A stretch of 64,000 nucleotides of DNA. Source: Tubiluchus corallicola (taxonomy: Eukaryota > Animalia > Priapulida). This document shows, one piece after another, positions 1 through 14,300 of the stretch. The stretch covers positions 64,639 through 128,638 of the forward strand of contig JAQGDQ010000610.1 of assembly GCA_030141605.1 (NCBI GenBank). Reading direction: 5' to 3'. Position 1 is the first letter of the stretch. The number at the start of each line of letters is the position of its first letter. A model generated the notes under the pieces. It was given only the letters and a program-made list of their open reading frames with translations, did no database searches and was not told the origin of the DNA. The position numbers and the translations under genes were made by a program.

Positions 1-310
1 CCTACGAGTTGTCTGGTTTGTGCTGCTTTACACGCAAGACATAGATGCGGTAATTTAGTAAGGATATGCCAGATCTTGAGAGGTTCGCTGACCTGTGCCG
101 ACTTATTTTTTCTCTTTTTATCAACAAGAGAACATATAGTTGAACTTTTTCTTCAATTATTTAAGCAGCAGAAGTGAACCTGAGAAACTAAAACTATAAA
201 TGCTATAAGTGTTGATGCATTTAAACTTTTGACAAATCTGTCCAATTTTTCATGATGAGGCTAATTGGAATTTTTCCACTGCTAAAGAAGCCATTTTGCT
301 GTATTTTTAG

Positions 311-384
311 GAGATTCTACTGTTGGGAAGAGTGCTCTTACCCAGGTTGTGACTCGTGACCACTTCCCAAAAAATTATGCAATG
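311..384 (+). CDS. IFT27: IFT27 exon (P-loop GDSTVGKS)
   Basis: ttttag acceptor, gtaagc donor, phase 1 to 0. Confidence 0.88.
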
Positions 385-3300
385 GTAAGCCGTAAATTAA
401 TTGGTGTCCCTGACTGCCTGCTCAGTACTTATTTTACGTAAAATTGCTTAATTTTGTAATGATTGCTTAAAGGAAGACAGGATGATTTTTCATATACTAT
501 CTCATTTTCAAGTCCGATAAAAAGTATACATTTTAACACAATTAATACTGCAAAAGCTTTTCTGATAATTAAATAATAGATAAAAAAACCTAATTAATGG
601 TGGGCGAGCTTAACTATTGGTTATATCACAAACTAACATAATTTTCAACAGCAAAAATATTCTACGAGCGTGTTGTACGTGTTTGTGAAAGAGAAAATTG
701 AAGTACAGTGCTACTGTAAGATATTCAGCGTGTTGTACTAAAACTAGGCAAGTTTCAAGATAAAAATTCAAATTTACTGCCATGCTCACACAAGCTGTCG
801 AACATGTGCAGTAAATCACGAACTAACACATCTGTACTGAGAGATGCAGCATCTGTTTTTTGTGCAATGTGTTTCTGAAATGCAGGCGCTAGTGTCCATC
901 TAACTAGCGAATGACGAAATGTATGTAACAGTGAAGAATTAGTGGCGCAAACGCAAAATTGTATTTGTATGGTAATAGTTCTTTCACATAAGTCATTTTT
1001 GAAAAAATAGTATGTTTCCTTTCAATATTTAAAGAGTAGATTGTTTTGACATTCAGTTTAAGATTGGGTCCGGTTTTGATTTAAGAAGCCGTATTTTTGT
1101 GTCCGATGGTTTTCGTCACAACATTATAAGAAAATAAGTGAATCAATAGAAAATTGCCACACTGATGTGACAGATATTTATATGTAAACACAAGGAATAC
1201 TAAGTCATTCCATTATATTCTTCCAAAGATACAGAAGATTTAACTCTTTCAGTACCGCACCATTCAAAATAGGTCTTTTAGCTTTTGTTATAGTGTAAAC
1301 TTTGGTACGTTTTTTCTGCACCACCTGATATAATCTGGCACACTGCACGCCGAATCCAGCATTCGGCGGCACAATCTACTCCCTATGGTGTTTATTGAAA
1401 TTGGAGAGTCCTGGAGCCCAGCTCATTATCAAAGTTGTACTTCTAAGATGAGCTACTAGACCAGCAGAGGTGCCTCGGAACGTTCAGGCATAAATATGTC
1501 CTTTCTTTACGAGATAAACGGCCAGAATCAACTCAACAATTGGAACCACTTTGTAGCTGGTGCTTAGTATTTACAGTGATTGTGTTGCCATCTACTGTAA
1601 CTTTTATTAAATAACTGAAATGTAGCGAACCCCATAAGAGTTATGGCTGATGTACTGGAAATTATATTTCAATAATATTTTTTTGTGCGGTAGTTTGAAG
1701 TGGTAGATTTCAAACAGAGGGCACTGTGCAGAACAGACATTGGAAATTTTCAAGATTGCCATTTTTGTTTCAGACTATAGGTGTTGATTTGCAGATGAAG
1801 CCAGTCGTCTTACAGCAAGCAAACGAAGCCGTAACTGTAGAGCTGTACATATTTGATTGCTCCGGCAAAGATGCATTTGCTGACGATGTCAAGCAATACG
1901 TGAGAATTTAAAAGCCCTTTTTTTATTGTTTAAAACAGCCTAACTTGAGCATGTTACTTATAACGTTGTGAGTTTCTTTGATGCACTTTCAACATACAAC
2001 ATCACATGCTTACTCGCGATTCTTCATAAATGGCTTTGAAGATTGTCATGGGTGCCTCTGTTTTCAGGTAAAGGAACCGTCTGTATTTTGCATCGTGTTT
2101 GATCTGACGGACAAGTCGACGTTTGACAGTTGTAAAACTTGGCTAGAGAATGTCAAGAATCAGTCATCTGAGGGAAAAGCACCAGGTGAGATGTGGTTTC
2201 CTTGCTAAGAGTTTGAGAATGTTATTAGAATTTTTCAGTTCTTTCATTAACTTTATAAAGCAGAGTGCAAATTTAATGTCGGTGCTCCCGGAAATTCTGG
2301 TAGAATTGTCTGAGGACCAACAGAAATTGTCTGGATGCCGGTCTCTTACCGGACGCTGGCCGGTAAGTTAATTTTACTATGTTTACTATGTCTCTGTATT
2401 AATGAAGCCTAGAATCCTTTCTGACTTGATGTATGCAGTTAGCAATAGCCAGCTTACTCAAAACTGTAATGTTTATAGCATTGTTTAAATTAATCTGATT
2501 GTCTAAGAAGCACCAGATTTCTATGCATTGAAACAATGGGGACAGGCAAATATTTTCAGCTGCTCTTTTCTATTTCTGGTAAAAAAAATTGGAGCCTGTA
2601 AAGCATGGCTTCTCAGAACTGTTAATTGCTGACAGAGTGTTGTCTTATTAATCACACAGTGTTGAAGTTTTGTCACACAAGTATATATCGGAGATGATTA
2701 TCCAAATGTCTAACACAATTTGGTAGTATGGTACAGATTCTGCTTACACATTTTGAGAAATGCGGCTAAATGAAATGTGTCACGACACTACCATTGGGTA
2801 GCCCGCTACCTCAGCAGACTCCAAACTAGCTTCTAAACACGCGGCAAATTGTTATAAAGCACTGACCACTCTTAAAAAGAAGCAATAATTTCTGGTTTAT
2901 AGCCCACCGATCAAGTTGCTGTGTTGGTAAATAAGTCACGATGAGTTGCAATTTATAGTTTGTACGTAATTGTGGTCCTTAAAACATTCGTAGATTTTTT
3001 GTAAATTTTAAGTGTTTGTATGCCAAAGAGCATTTTTATATGGATTTTAGGCAATAAAGTAGTTATTATTATTTATTAAGAATTAAAATAGCGGCAATGT
3101 TTCATAAGTGATTTTCTTATATAAGCCTGAGTTTATTAATTAACCCTTATAGGGTCACCGGGGGGGGGGGGTAAGAAAAAAATTGCCCCCAGACCGGTTT
3201 TTTGCATTTGACCCTTTTACCATACGCATCCCAGTAAACCTTTTCTATGATTTTTTCGAAATATGTTTTGTGCACAAAATACTTTCAGTTATTTATTTTA

Positions 3301-5397
3301 GGCGGTTTGTCTCACCACAAAATAAAAGTGATAATGCAATATGTCGATTATTTAAAATTGTCGATACTTTACTTCGCTTGTCTATACATTATACGGGCGA
3401 TGTGTCTGATAAAACAAAATGTCAGTTACTCAAATTACTCCACCTAAAAGAAGAAAGTAGTAGACAATAAATTCAAAATAACAATGATTTTTTCACACGC
3501 GCTAGCAATGTCGGTTGTCTACAGTTATTCCAGCATAGATAAGGGAACGTAACTAAGTGAATTTAAATTTCGTATTATTACTAGTAAGTCACATGTCTTT
3601 AAGCAGAGGTATAATGTATCCTATGGTGGTCATCATAAATTATGCTGTTGTTGTTTACTAATGAAACACAGCGGTTTATCAAAAGTAATTTACGAATTAT
3701 GGTGGGGGTAATTTTTTACCCCCCCCCCCCCCCCGGTTACCAAAATCGGTTGTAAAAATTGTGACACTATAAGGGTTAGCGCAGAGAAATAATTATCGTA
3801 CAACAGTTAGTAGTCTTGGAAAAACTCCAAGTTCTTTATGTCGATTTCATAGGAATTTTGATTGGTAACAAGTCAGATCTAAAAGAACGAAGAGTTGTGA
3901 TGGAGAAAGAAGCTAAAGCTTTTGCCGACAAAGCTGGTTTGAAGTACTTCGAATGTTCAGCGGTAAGTGATGCCTTTACTCATACGAATTTGAAGTGTAT
4001 CGGTTTTTCCTTTGTGCAATAAACCTTTTCGCAGTTTCGTTGTGTGCACATGCAGTTGCTGTAGGTCAAAGGTTAAGTGTTCCACATCAACGCGTCGTCT
4101 TAACTACAACCATCACTTGACATGCGCAAAGCAAAGTATTAGTTCAGTAATTTCAGTTGTTTGACGTGGACTTTATTTAATTATACATTAGTCTGTGCAC
4201 AGAGTGATTTACTAGCAGGGTCTTGCTTGGAAACAAGAAAAAATGAACTAGGTAAGGTTCTAACTAGCTGCAAAATTGTTAGTATTACAATAGCATGGGC
4301 TGTGCGGTGTTGTCAATTCTACACAAATGCGTTGTCTGGTACACTTAACTTTTGAACTTTTCACGATCATCATCAATCTCTGGAAAGATGAAAAAGCTTA
4401 TTAGAAATATGCACAAATAGCATGTTGTGTTTGTTTATGTGCCAGTTTTTCCCTGTCTACGTGTTTCCAATTGTAAAATTACTTTTTTTACATATTAAAG
4501 CATAAGAAAACTTTACTTGTATAAGTTAAAACAACTCGTTTTGAAATTATGTATCTCTTATATGCTGCCACTTATATGTGTCATCACTAAACAATGTTTA
4601 TATTGTAATTATTTATAGACATTTTGTTAAAAGTAGTGTACTCAATGTTTATGGCACGCTACTCAATATGTGGGTCACATTGCAAACCGTCACATTGTAA
4701 CCGGAAGACCGGATGATTGTGTGAACATGAGTTCAGAATAAAGAATGCTCTAAAATATTGAAAACTACAATAGCTTTTTTAAATCAAAGCTTAGATTAAA
4801 TAATAATCAACTCGGATACTCAAATTTCGTTAAACTTTCGAAGCTAAGCGCGGCTCAGTGAATCTACTAAGATTGGCAGTGGCGCCTTTTTGTCATGTGC
4901 GCGTTGCCGACAAATAGAAGGCGGTACCGTGATAAGCACGATCATGAACTGCAGTGTTCGTTTCTGACGTCGTGTGATGTAGAGCCCATTTTTCGTGACA
5001 TCATGCGTTTAAACAGTAACACTTACGCAAATGTGCCTGACGTGTAAGGGAAGATGCCTGCCATTGCACAAACTGTGGTTAGTTTCTGATGCAAGCAATA
5101 GCTGTGTTTGGTTGCCATTAATTTACTTTCTAAGCTAATTATTCAAATATAAGGAGCAATTGTTAACTCTTATAAGCAATAAAACGTATATTTTGGACAG
5201 TAAATTAAAATGAGATTGAGTCTAAACAATCATCCGGTCTTCCTTTAAAAATTGTAAGTCTCTCAGCTTTGCAGCAGCCTTTCTTTCTCTTTCTACATCG
5301 TTCTTTGTCTTTCTTTGTTTTGCAGAAAGAAACAAAAGGGGTGGAGGAGGCATTTAACTCGTTAGCGACTTCGTATCTTCACCAGTTTCCAGAGTGA
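311..5397 (+). CDS. IFT27: Intraflagellar transport protein 27 (Rab-like GTPase), 5'-partial; exons 311-384, 1774-1899, 2068-2185, 3853-3962, 5326-5397
   Basis: Exons join in phase at GT-AG sites to give (G)DSTVGKSALTQ...TIGVDL...ELYIFDCSGK...VFDLTD...IGNKSDL...YFECSAKE...FPE*. It has G1, G4 and G5 motifs, the IFT27-type FDxxGK in place of Rab WDTAGQ, and no C-terminal prenylation cysteines. The first coding exon was not found in the window. Confidence 0.9.
471..1080. mobile_element. Non-autonomous DNA transposon, TTAA-flanked (Kolobok-like)
   Basis: ttaa|aggaagacaggatg ... gtccggttttgat|ttaa; internal sequence shared with 8075-8465 and 10870-11220. Confidence 0.6.
1774..1899 (+). CDS. IFT27: IFT27 exon (TIGVDL...IFDCSGK)
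   Basis: tttcag acceptor, gtgaga donor, phase 0 to 0. Confidence 0.9.
2068..2185 (+). CDS. IFT27: IFT27 exon (VFCIVFDLTD...CKTWL)
   Basis: tttcag acceptor, gtgaga donor, phase 0 to 1. Confidence 0.9.
3144..3775. mobile_element. piggyBac-like MITE
   Basis: ttaa|cccttatagggtcac ... gtgacactataaggg|ttag; near-identical copy at 56222-56818. Confidence 0.8.
3853..3962 (+). CDS. IFT27: IFT27 exon (GNKSDL, YFECSA)
   Basis: tcatag acceptor, gtaagt donor, phase 1 to 0. Confidence 0.9.
4025..4390. repeat. Dispersed repeat (also about 28140-28495 inverted and 37265-37580)
   Basis: Shared blocks cttaactacaacc, agagtgatttactagcagg and cttttcacgatca. Confidence 0.65.
4702..5244. mobile_element. Kolobok-like MITE
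   Basis: TIR ggaagaccggatgattgt / acaatcatccggtcttcct|ttaa; inverted copy at 25543-26088 and truncated copy from 50917. Confidence 0.75.
5326..5397 (+). CDS. IFT27: IFT27 last coding exon (KETKGVEEAFNSLA...*)
   Basis: Long pyrimidine tract plus tgcag acceptor; TGA at 5395-5397. Confidence 0.85.
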   Translation, partial: KETKGVEEAFNSLATSYLHQFPE

Positions 5398-6092
5398 ACG
5401 ATTTTGCGCATTTCATCATTCATTATATGCTGGTTTCGTGACTACGGTTTAGTCCACAGCAGTACGTCACTGTGTTGCTACGGCTTGGTTATGTGTGACA
5501 ACTCTCTCCTTTAAGTGCTTAGTCTACGACTGCTTTATTTTGTCGGTTCGTGAACAAGCATCAGATTTATGTGTTTAGATGTACTGAGCATATGCGCTGA
5601 CATTGTAACTGCTGACCACCAAAACTGACAAACAAAATGTTTCTTATAGAAAAAGTTGATAAAAATAGTAAATTTTTAAATTTTTTAAAAATAGATCATT
5701 TTCCTTAAAAACTACACTAGTTTCTATGGCTTCGACAGTAATTGTAGTAAATGTTGACATCTCAGTGCCAGTATATTGTATTACACTTGCTGCCATCTAA
5801 CGGCAAGAAACAGGAAGCATTATAAACTGCTGCCCTTTGAACTCTAGTCGTTGGCATTATTTACATGCTATGCATTTATGTATGTTAAAGTACTATTGTT
5901 TGCGGGAGAATGTCCAGCTGAAAATGAAGAAAATTTGTGGGAAAATCATTCTAATTTTCACAATTTTGATAAATTTCTGAAACCACTTTTAACCCAACAT
6001 AATTGAAACGTGATCAAGCCCGTGCAGAATTCTTAAGGTGTGGCCGACTTTTGAGTCTTATTTTTCAGTACATAATGGTGCAGGTCACAGTA

Positions 6093-6549
6093 CAGTCAAC
6101 CTCAGGTATAGGGTACTCGCTTATAAGGGACCACAAACACCGGTCCCAATTTTTCGTTACATTTTTTCTATGTAAAAATCTTCACTGTATAAGGTACTAG
6201 GGTAGAAGGGACTTTCGGTTATAAGGGACGATATATTCAGGTCCAGCGTAATAGAAACAGAATTAAATTACCTTGCATATAAGGGACCCCATGATCAATG
6301 TGAAATTGATCGATTTTTAACCTCAATCTTTTGCAAACTCGGCCTTCGAACAGCTCAGTTTCCAAGGTCACATACATCTCGCATCACTGAAGGAGCTTCC
6401 TACATGCCTGCACTGAATTTGTAGCAATAATCCATAAAAACATGGGTAAAAGTACAGGCCTAGATACACCCTCTAGATATGACTCAACTTCGGCTATAAG
6501 GGATGGTTTTTCCCGGTCCGGAGGTGTCCCTTATATCCTAGGTTGACTG
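6093..6549. mobile_element. Tc1/mariner-pogo-type MITE
   Basis: ta|cagtcaacct ... aggttgactg|ta; family members at 31325-31670 and 53181-53658. Confidence 0.8.
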
Positions 6550-6861
6550 TACTGAGTCACTTTCTGAAACAGTGAACTTTCATCCTGTATTTACCTCACT
6601 ACATTGGAGAGGGTGAAAGGTGAAAAAAACTTGTATGTAACAGAAATCTGACTCGTGTTTGCCAATTCTTATTGAATATTGAACCATTTTTTTCATTTTA
6701 GAGTTGGTTTAATAATCGGCGAAATCAATGAATTTTTCTCTTCTAAAATAAGCGTTTTACAAACCGTCTACCATTCTGATAATGTGAGCTGTGATATTAC
6801 TGACAACATACCAGATTTATTTATCATTTTTGTTTTGTACTTTGTTACTGGGTTTAGTTAA

Positions 6862-8465
6862 AGGAAAACAGGACGATATTTCACACCCTACCCCATTTTG
6901 AAGTACGGTAAAATGTTACCACTTATAATAATTCCGAAGCATTTGTGATAATTAAATGATAGACTAAAAGGTTAATTAATCTATTACAAACGCAATTAAT
7001 GATGACATCACAACGTAATTAATCTATTACAAACGCAATTAATGATGACATCACAACTTAGTTAATCTATTGCAAATGCAACTAATGATGACATCACAAC
7101 TTAGTTAATCTATTGCAAACACAATTAATGATGACATCACAACTTAGTTAATCTATTGCAAACACAATTAATGATGACATCACAACTTAGTTAATCTATT
7201 GCAAACACAATTAATGATGACATCACAACTTAGTTAATCTATTGCAAACACAATTAATGATGACATCACAACTTAGTTAATCTATTGCAAACACAACTAA
7301 TGATGACATCACAACTTAGTTAATCTATTACAAACGCAACTAATGATGACATCACAACTTAGTTAATCTATTGCAAACACAATTAATGATGACATCACAA
7401 CTTAGTTAATCTATTGCAAACCCAACTAATGATGACATCACAACTTAGTTAATCTATTGCAAACCCAACTAATGATGACATCACAACTTAGTTAATCTAT
7501 TACAAACGCAACTAATGATGACATCACAACTTAGTTAATCTATTGCAAACACAATTAATGATGACATCACAACTTAGTTAATCTATTGCAAACCCAACTA
7601 ATGATGACATCACAACTTAGTTAATCTATTGCAAACCCAACTAATGATGACATCACAACTTAGTTAATCTATTACAAACGCAACTAATGATGACATCACA
7701 ACTTAGTTAATCTATTGCAAACACAATTAATGATGACATCACAACTTAGTTAATCTATTGCAAACACAACTAATGATGACATCACAACTTAGTTAATCTA
7801 TTACAAACGCAACTAATGATGACATCACAACTTAGTTAATCTATTGCAAACACCATTAATGATGACATCACAACTTAGTTAATCTATTGCAAACCCAACT
7901 AATGATGACATCACAACTTAGTTAATCTATTGCAAACCCAACTAATGATGACATCACAACTTAGTTAATCTATTACAAACGCAACTAATGATGACATCAC
8001 AACTTAGTTAATCTATTGCAAACACAACTAATGATGACATCACAACTGAACGTAATTTTAACATCCCAAACATTCCAAGAGCGTGTTGCACGTGTTTGCA
8101 AAAGCGAAGATTGAAATACAGTACTACTCTACAACAGTCAGCGTGAAAATTGAAATTTCAAATTTACCGCTGTGCTGATGCATGAGCTCTCAAACTGAAT
8201 GCCTCTGAACTGAAAGGTACAGCACCTACTTTTCATGCAACACAGTTCTGAGATGCAGGCGATAATGTCCATGTAACTAGCGAATGGCGGAATGCATGTA
8301 ACAGTGATGAACTATACACACGAATGTGAAGTTACCTTTCTGTGTGGTAATAATTCTTTCACACAAGTCATTTTTTCACTATTAAAAAAATAGTTATGCT
8401 TCCTTTAAGTATTTTATAGAGCACACTGTTTTGAGCTATAGTTTAAGATTGCGTCCGGTTTTCCT
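6862..8465. mobile_element. Kolobok-like element carrying an internal 43-bp satellite
   Basis: ttaa|aggaaaacaggacg ... cgtccggttttcct|ttaa. Confidence 0.7.
6975..8047. repeat. Tandem array, 43-bp unit, about 25 copies
   Basis: aattaatgatgacatcacaacttagttaatctattgcaaacac. Confidence 0.97.
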
Positions 8466-8886
8466 TTAAGTCACAACAGCGTTTTTGTTTCGTGAATCTG
8501 TGTGTAGGTCAACGTTTCTTGTGATATTTTTTTACACTTTTGTAACTCTTTTTTCAACTATTTTCTAAATATTTTAGATCTGGATGTTCTGTATGTCTAA
8601 ATTTTTCCCTGCGGATGAAAAAATATTATTCTACTTTTTTGGAAATATGAAAACAGTGCTAGATTTAGGTATGAGCTAAATAAGCTACAGGTTAGGACCT
8701 CAAGAAGACTCCAGATCGGGTCTTATACTTTTTACAAGCAATAATTAAGTAACATTTTAGTTGTAAAATAATTTGTACCGTTCACTTTGCTACTACATAA
8801 TTAAAATGCATTACTAAGTGTTTTCATTTGGGACCAGCTGGTGTAACTTTAAAAAATAAGGTCTCAGGACTTTATATAGCTTAGGG

Positions 8887-9464
8887 CAATGGTCTCCAAA
8901 CTGGACGATATTGGCCCCTGGGACCAGTGGCAGCTTCAGAAAATTTTTAGTCATTGTTTTACTACTGTGTAAAACGAAACAAGCGTATGTAATTTTGTTT
9001 TAATTTTAAAAAACAAACACGAAAATTTTTGCATAAACTTGATAAAATCCTAAACAAATACTTGTTTGCTTACGAACAGCCTAAATTGTCGCAGTTCAAA
9101 AATATGCCGGTACACGGTTTTTAAGCAGGCTACTTTCTCTACACAGCAGCAGACGCTAGCAGTGCAGCATGTTATCTCAGACATGTGGGCATGGGCTCAC
9201 GCCACTGTGCTGGGCTGTGAAGCAAACAGTACTACCCTCGCGTGCTGGACTGTACAAATATAAAAAAATAAATAAAGAAAAGACTTATTATATTGAATAT
9301 TATTGATAATATTGAGTGAAAACAGGGGGCGCTGCAGTTCCATAATACCTGCCACTGCCTATGACTATCCAAGGGTACACTGCACATCTATTTAATTATT
9401 TTTTGCACATGCCTGGCTAGGGTCCCGTGAAGGGTCAATGGTGTAAAAAGTTTGCGGACCACTG
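8887..9464. mobile_element. hAT (Charlie-like) MITE, degenerate
   Basis: caatggtctccaaact ... agtttgcggaccactg; no clean TSD. Confidence 0.5.
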
Positions 9465-10142
9465 CCCTCACCGAGACTAAATCCCGGACTGCATGAGAAG
9501 TTTGTATGCAAATGAAAAAATGATTAAGAGAATAATTATAGAATGTTATCCTTGTCGTTCAAATAGTAAATAATTTTAATAGTTATTTAAATGTGCGAAG
9601 GAAGAAGAAAATTTACACTAAATAAAAAAATAGCTTTACGTTCTGTAATGTCTGTAAATGCATGAAATAATTGTTTACATTGTCGTTTGCATATACATTT
9701 AATATACAAACGTTTACTGAGATTGGGAATTATGTCCAGTGTTAACAGTTTCGCTAATGCGGTTAATGCTACTCAATATACCAACTCATGTAAATGACGT
9801 TAACTTCTTTATTCAAATTTTAGAAAGGGTAGGGTTAAAACAAACATTCGATTAATATATGTCACAGTTGCGCTGTTTAGTACTGAGTTAATGTGCGATG
9901 TGCCTTTACGTGTGCGACCAAAAATTAAAGCTTTTATACATTGTGCACGGTGCTTCTTTTAACACTAAATACTTGTATTGAATAGTTGCAATTTGGTCTT
10001 ACGTGTTAATCGTAAACTACATTATATTTATTTATATATATATATACAGATTGTGGTTATAGTTACAAATGATACAATAAGTGCTACTGCAGTGTTTAGC
10101 AATGCCTATAATTCTGTTGCTTTTGTAATGTTGAACTCTTTG

Positions 10143-10577
10143 AAGGAAAGGACATGTCATTTAGCATATTGGGTTTATATATTACAGCATTCACTTGAAA
10201 TACAACGAAGAAATTTGCAAAAAAAAACCTATCGATAAAGCATAATTTGTACTACCGCTGTAAAGAAATTTTCTAAAATGGTGGTAGCCGCCGTTGAAAA
10301 CTAAGCACATCATGGATTTCTGTAAGCACGAACTGCTTAAACCAACTGAAACTTCTGCAGCTATGTGTCTAATTTTTTGCAAAAAAATACTGTTAACAGA
10401 AATTGACAGTGGCTTGCCTTTCTTCAGCCGATGCACAACGTCATCGGTGGAAAAATTAGCATTCAAAATTACTAATTACACGAGGCACTTATTCTAACTT
10501 TATTATCAAATCCTTCCAATATTTTTCGCAAACACTAAAATAAGCCTAGCTTCCTAGAAGGCTTGACCTTTCCTTTA
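10143..10577. mobile_element. Kolobok-like element (aggaaagg termini)
   Basis: aaggaaaggaca ... tgacctttcct|ttaa; same terminus at 21513 and 27716. Confidence 0.5.
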
Positions 10578-11241
10578 ATAATGCTAGTTAATAATGTTGT
10601 TTGTGTCATGCTCTTGATTAACGTACAATCAATGAAAGGTTATTCTCAGAATAAATTTAGATGCATCATCGTGAAATGAATATTGCAGCTATTGCGGATG
10701 CTGAACAGGTGGCATTATAATTGAAAAGAAATCTGCCCTTAACTTCAGACAGGAAAACACGGGGACATTTTGTACCAGTAAACACTACACTTACTGCAGT
10801 GGCTAAACGTTGGCTTTTTAACCCTTTCATACCCGTTGTATCCCGTGGCATACGAGAATATTTTCTGCTTTTAAAATTAATAAATATTAGTTTATATTCC
10901 GTGTATTGTACTAAAACTCGGCGAGTTTCAAGACAAAAGTTCAAATTTCAAATTTACCGCTGCATTTATACATGAGCTGCCGAAAATGTGCAGTTCGTCA
11001 CAAACTAATACATCTGAACTGGGAAGTACAGCACTTGTTTTTTGTGAAACTAGTGCCCGTCTAATGGCGGGCATTAGCCAATGGCGAAATGCATGTAAGA
11101 GCAAAGAACTAGTGGCGTGAATGCAAAACTGTGTTTGTGTGACCAGTAATAATTGCTCTACATAAGTCACTTTTGAAAGAAATAGTATGTTTTCCTTCGA
11201 CATTTTAAAGAGTAGGTTGTTTTAATTTGGGCCCGCTTTAA

Positions 11242-11698
11242 CCCTTTCATAGCCGTTGTATCCCGTGGGATACGAGAATATTTTCTGTCTTTAAAATTAC
11301 CAAAATTTTAAAACGGACAGTTATTTGATCTGTTAATAGTTATTTTGATTTAAGACAATAACAATGGACTAAAAATGGTGATAAAATGGCAAACTAGAAA
11401 ATCTACATAGCATAAAAAACTGTGCAAGGTACAGTACTTTAGAAATGACTTTGTACAGATCAGCATAGCATGCACACTAAATGTCTTAAATACTTTAAAA
11501 AATTATCAGCAGTTGCAAAATGAAGCACATTTTATGCTTCAATTGAATCCCAATATATCCCGTGGGATACACGCTATATTTAGCACGCGGGCACAGGTAA
11601 AAAAAATATTTATTATGTGTAAACAAGATGGACGTACTGAACAAAAGTAGCAGGCCAAAAAATTTTTCTTATTAAAAAATAATTTGGGACTGAAAGGG
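11242..11698. mobile_element. piggyBac-like MITE
   Basis: ttaa|ccctttca ... tgaaaggg|ttaa; left end duplicated at about 10818-10880. Confidence 0.7.
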
Positions 11699-13672
11699 TT
11701 AACTAAAGTTACACTGCTCAAAACCAAAACGGCTCACGCACACATTCAAAATGAAATCAAACCAAGATGAGGGCGCTTCAGATGTGTCCATATTTAAGAA
11801 GTTAAAAAAATGTTTTTAGATTAATACGAAACATACAATGATAATTGCATTGTTTTTCTGGCATTGCAGTGCAAAAGAAAACCAAATTGATTTTGCAAAA
11901 AGGTGCATGTTTTTGGCTGGTTTTATTACAGGCGAGTGGGTCTACCATAAGGGTACCTATTATATTTGCAGTAAAATTTTTAATTAAATATTGGTATAAT
12001 ATTGTGCTCTGTGTATAATTATATTAAATTATTTGTTTTACAATAAAGTCAGCTTAAAGCTTCAATACTGCAGTTATGTGTTCAATATCTGGTCTTTCAC
12101 ATATTTATTATGAAAAGTTGCAATCAGACAGAATAACAGCATAATTACTAGGAACCTCTGCAGTCCAACTGCTGATTGAAAATTGAGCTTTGCAGTCTTT
12201 ACTGCTTTAGTTTTCCTTTACATTTTGCTGCAGCTATTGCAGACATTGGACAGGTGGAATTATAATTGAAAAGAATTTTTCAAAATTTTTTTGAAAATTT
12301 TTGAATTTTTTTCTTTTCTTTTTTCTCCTCATCTCCTAAGTAATTGTTGCTGTTTCTCTTACTTACTTTTTCTCATAATTTTTTCTATATTACACTTTTT
12401 GATGCTTATTTTTTTCTTTCCATACTCTCAGTTTTTAACTTTACTCACTAACCTTGGTCAAATTCCCCTGTTAATAAGACCCCATTTGAAACTACTACGT
12501 ATCATAATCCTAATTACTGAATAATTGTATTGTTTTGTTTAGATTTAGGTATCTAACTTTATTATTTTTTGTTTTCAGTTCTTTTTGGATAATTTGCATC
12601 ATTTATACTGTTATTATTATTATTTTTTCTTATTTGTTTTTATTTTTGTTATCTGCAGCATCACCATTAATTTTTAATATACGAATCTATTTATAACGAA
12701 GGGCAGGAGACTAGATGACCCTATGCCCTGCTCCATGATTGTAATTACTTAATATTTAAAAAACTTTTGTTGTTAGACTAATTGGAGAAAATAAATGTTC
12801 TATGTCTATGCCACCAAGTGACACAAACAAAACATTTTCACTTGCTTTAAACCAAACATGCCGCCGATGACTTTCCCAGGCGTAGCGCCGTCATGAAAAG
12901 AATTTATGCCGCCGACGCATAATAAATGGCAGAGTTTATCATTGTGAATTCACTGACAAAAAGAAAAATTTATTATCTACAGTTAGTTAAAAATAATATA
13001 TTTTTCATTTAAATGGGTAAATGAAACATTAGATTTTGATGCCCAAATTGCAAACAAAACACGTTTACTGTATAACAGTCGCTGTGGAGACTGTAGACTG
13101 CCGACTCCTATACTACAAACTACTATTATTGTTTATTATTGTTTAGTGTTTACAATAATACCCCAGTAATTAATTGAATTCTCTACCCGTGTGCAAAAAG
13201 TAGCACGAACTTTACAACTTCCACATATCTCTGTCATATATTGATCATGTCTCTGTCAACGAACGAAGCATCATATTTTTTCTTGATGACGAGAGTGCTG
13301 GGAAACCCCAAATAACAGAAACAGGTTTTAGGTTTATTTTGTGCATGTGCAAATCAGGACAGGCTTTTTGACTTAATACGTGGGACAAAAATGTTGACTT
13401 TATTTTAAATTGAAAAACCTTAGCAGAACTTCCTTTACGTTTTTACTGCATTTCTCTTATATTTAATTCATCAGAGTTAGAAAGCCACACCTCATTACGT
13501 GATGAGTTTTCCCAATTGCGTAAGCCCTCATTAAGTGACATTATGCACTTAAGCCTTAAGTGATTTAGATTGTCTGTGGAGGACTGGTGGGTACTGATTT
13601 ACCGCTAACTCGGCAAAATGATGCCCATGCGGAGTGGACGCTGTGCTGTAATGGTTGGTGTAATGGGTTTCT

Positions 13673-14272
<600 letters not shown>

Positions 14273-14300
14273 ACATTACTCTGCTTCAGTGTGCTGCCAC

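Noticed and set aside
6975-8047. CRISPR-like appearance of the 43-bp array (likewise the 41- and 52-bp arrays)
   Set aside because: Head-to-tail tandem repeats with no spacers.
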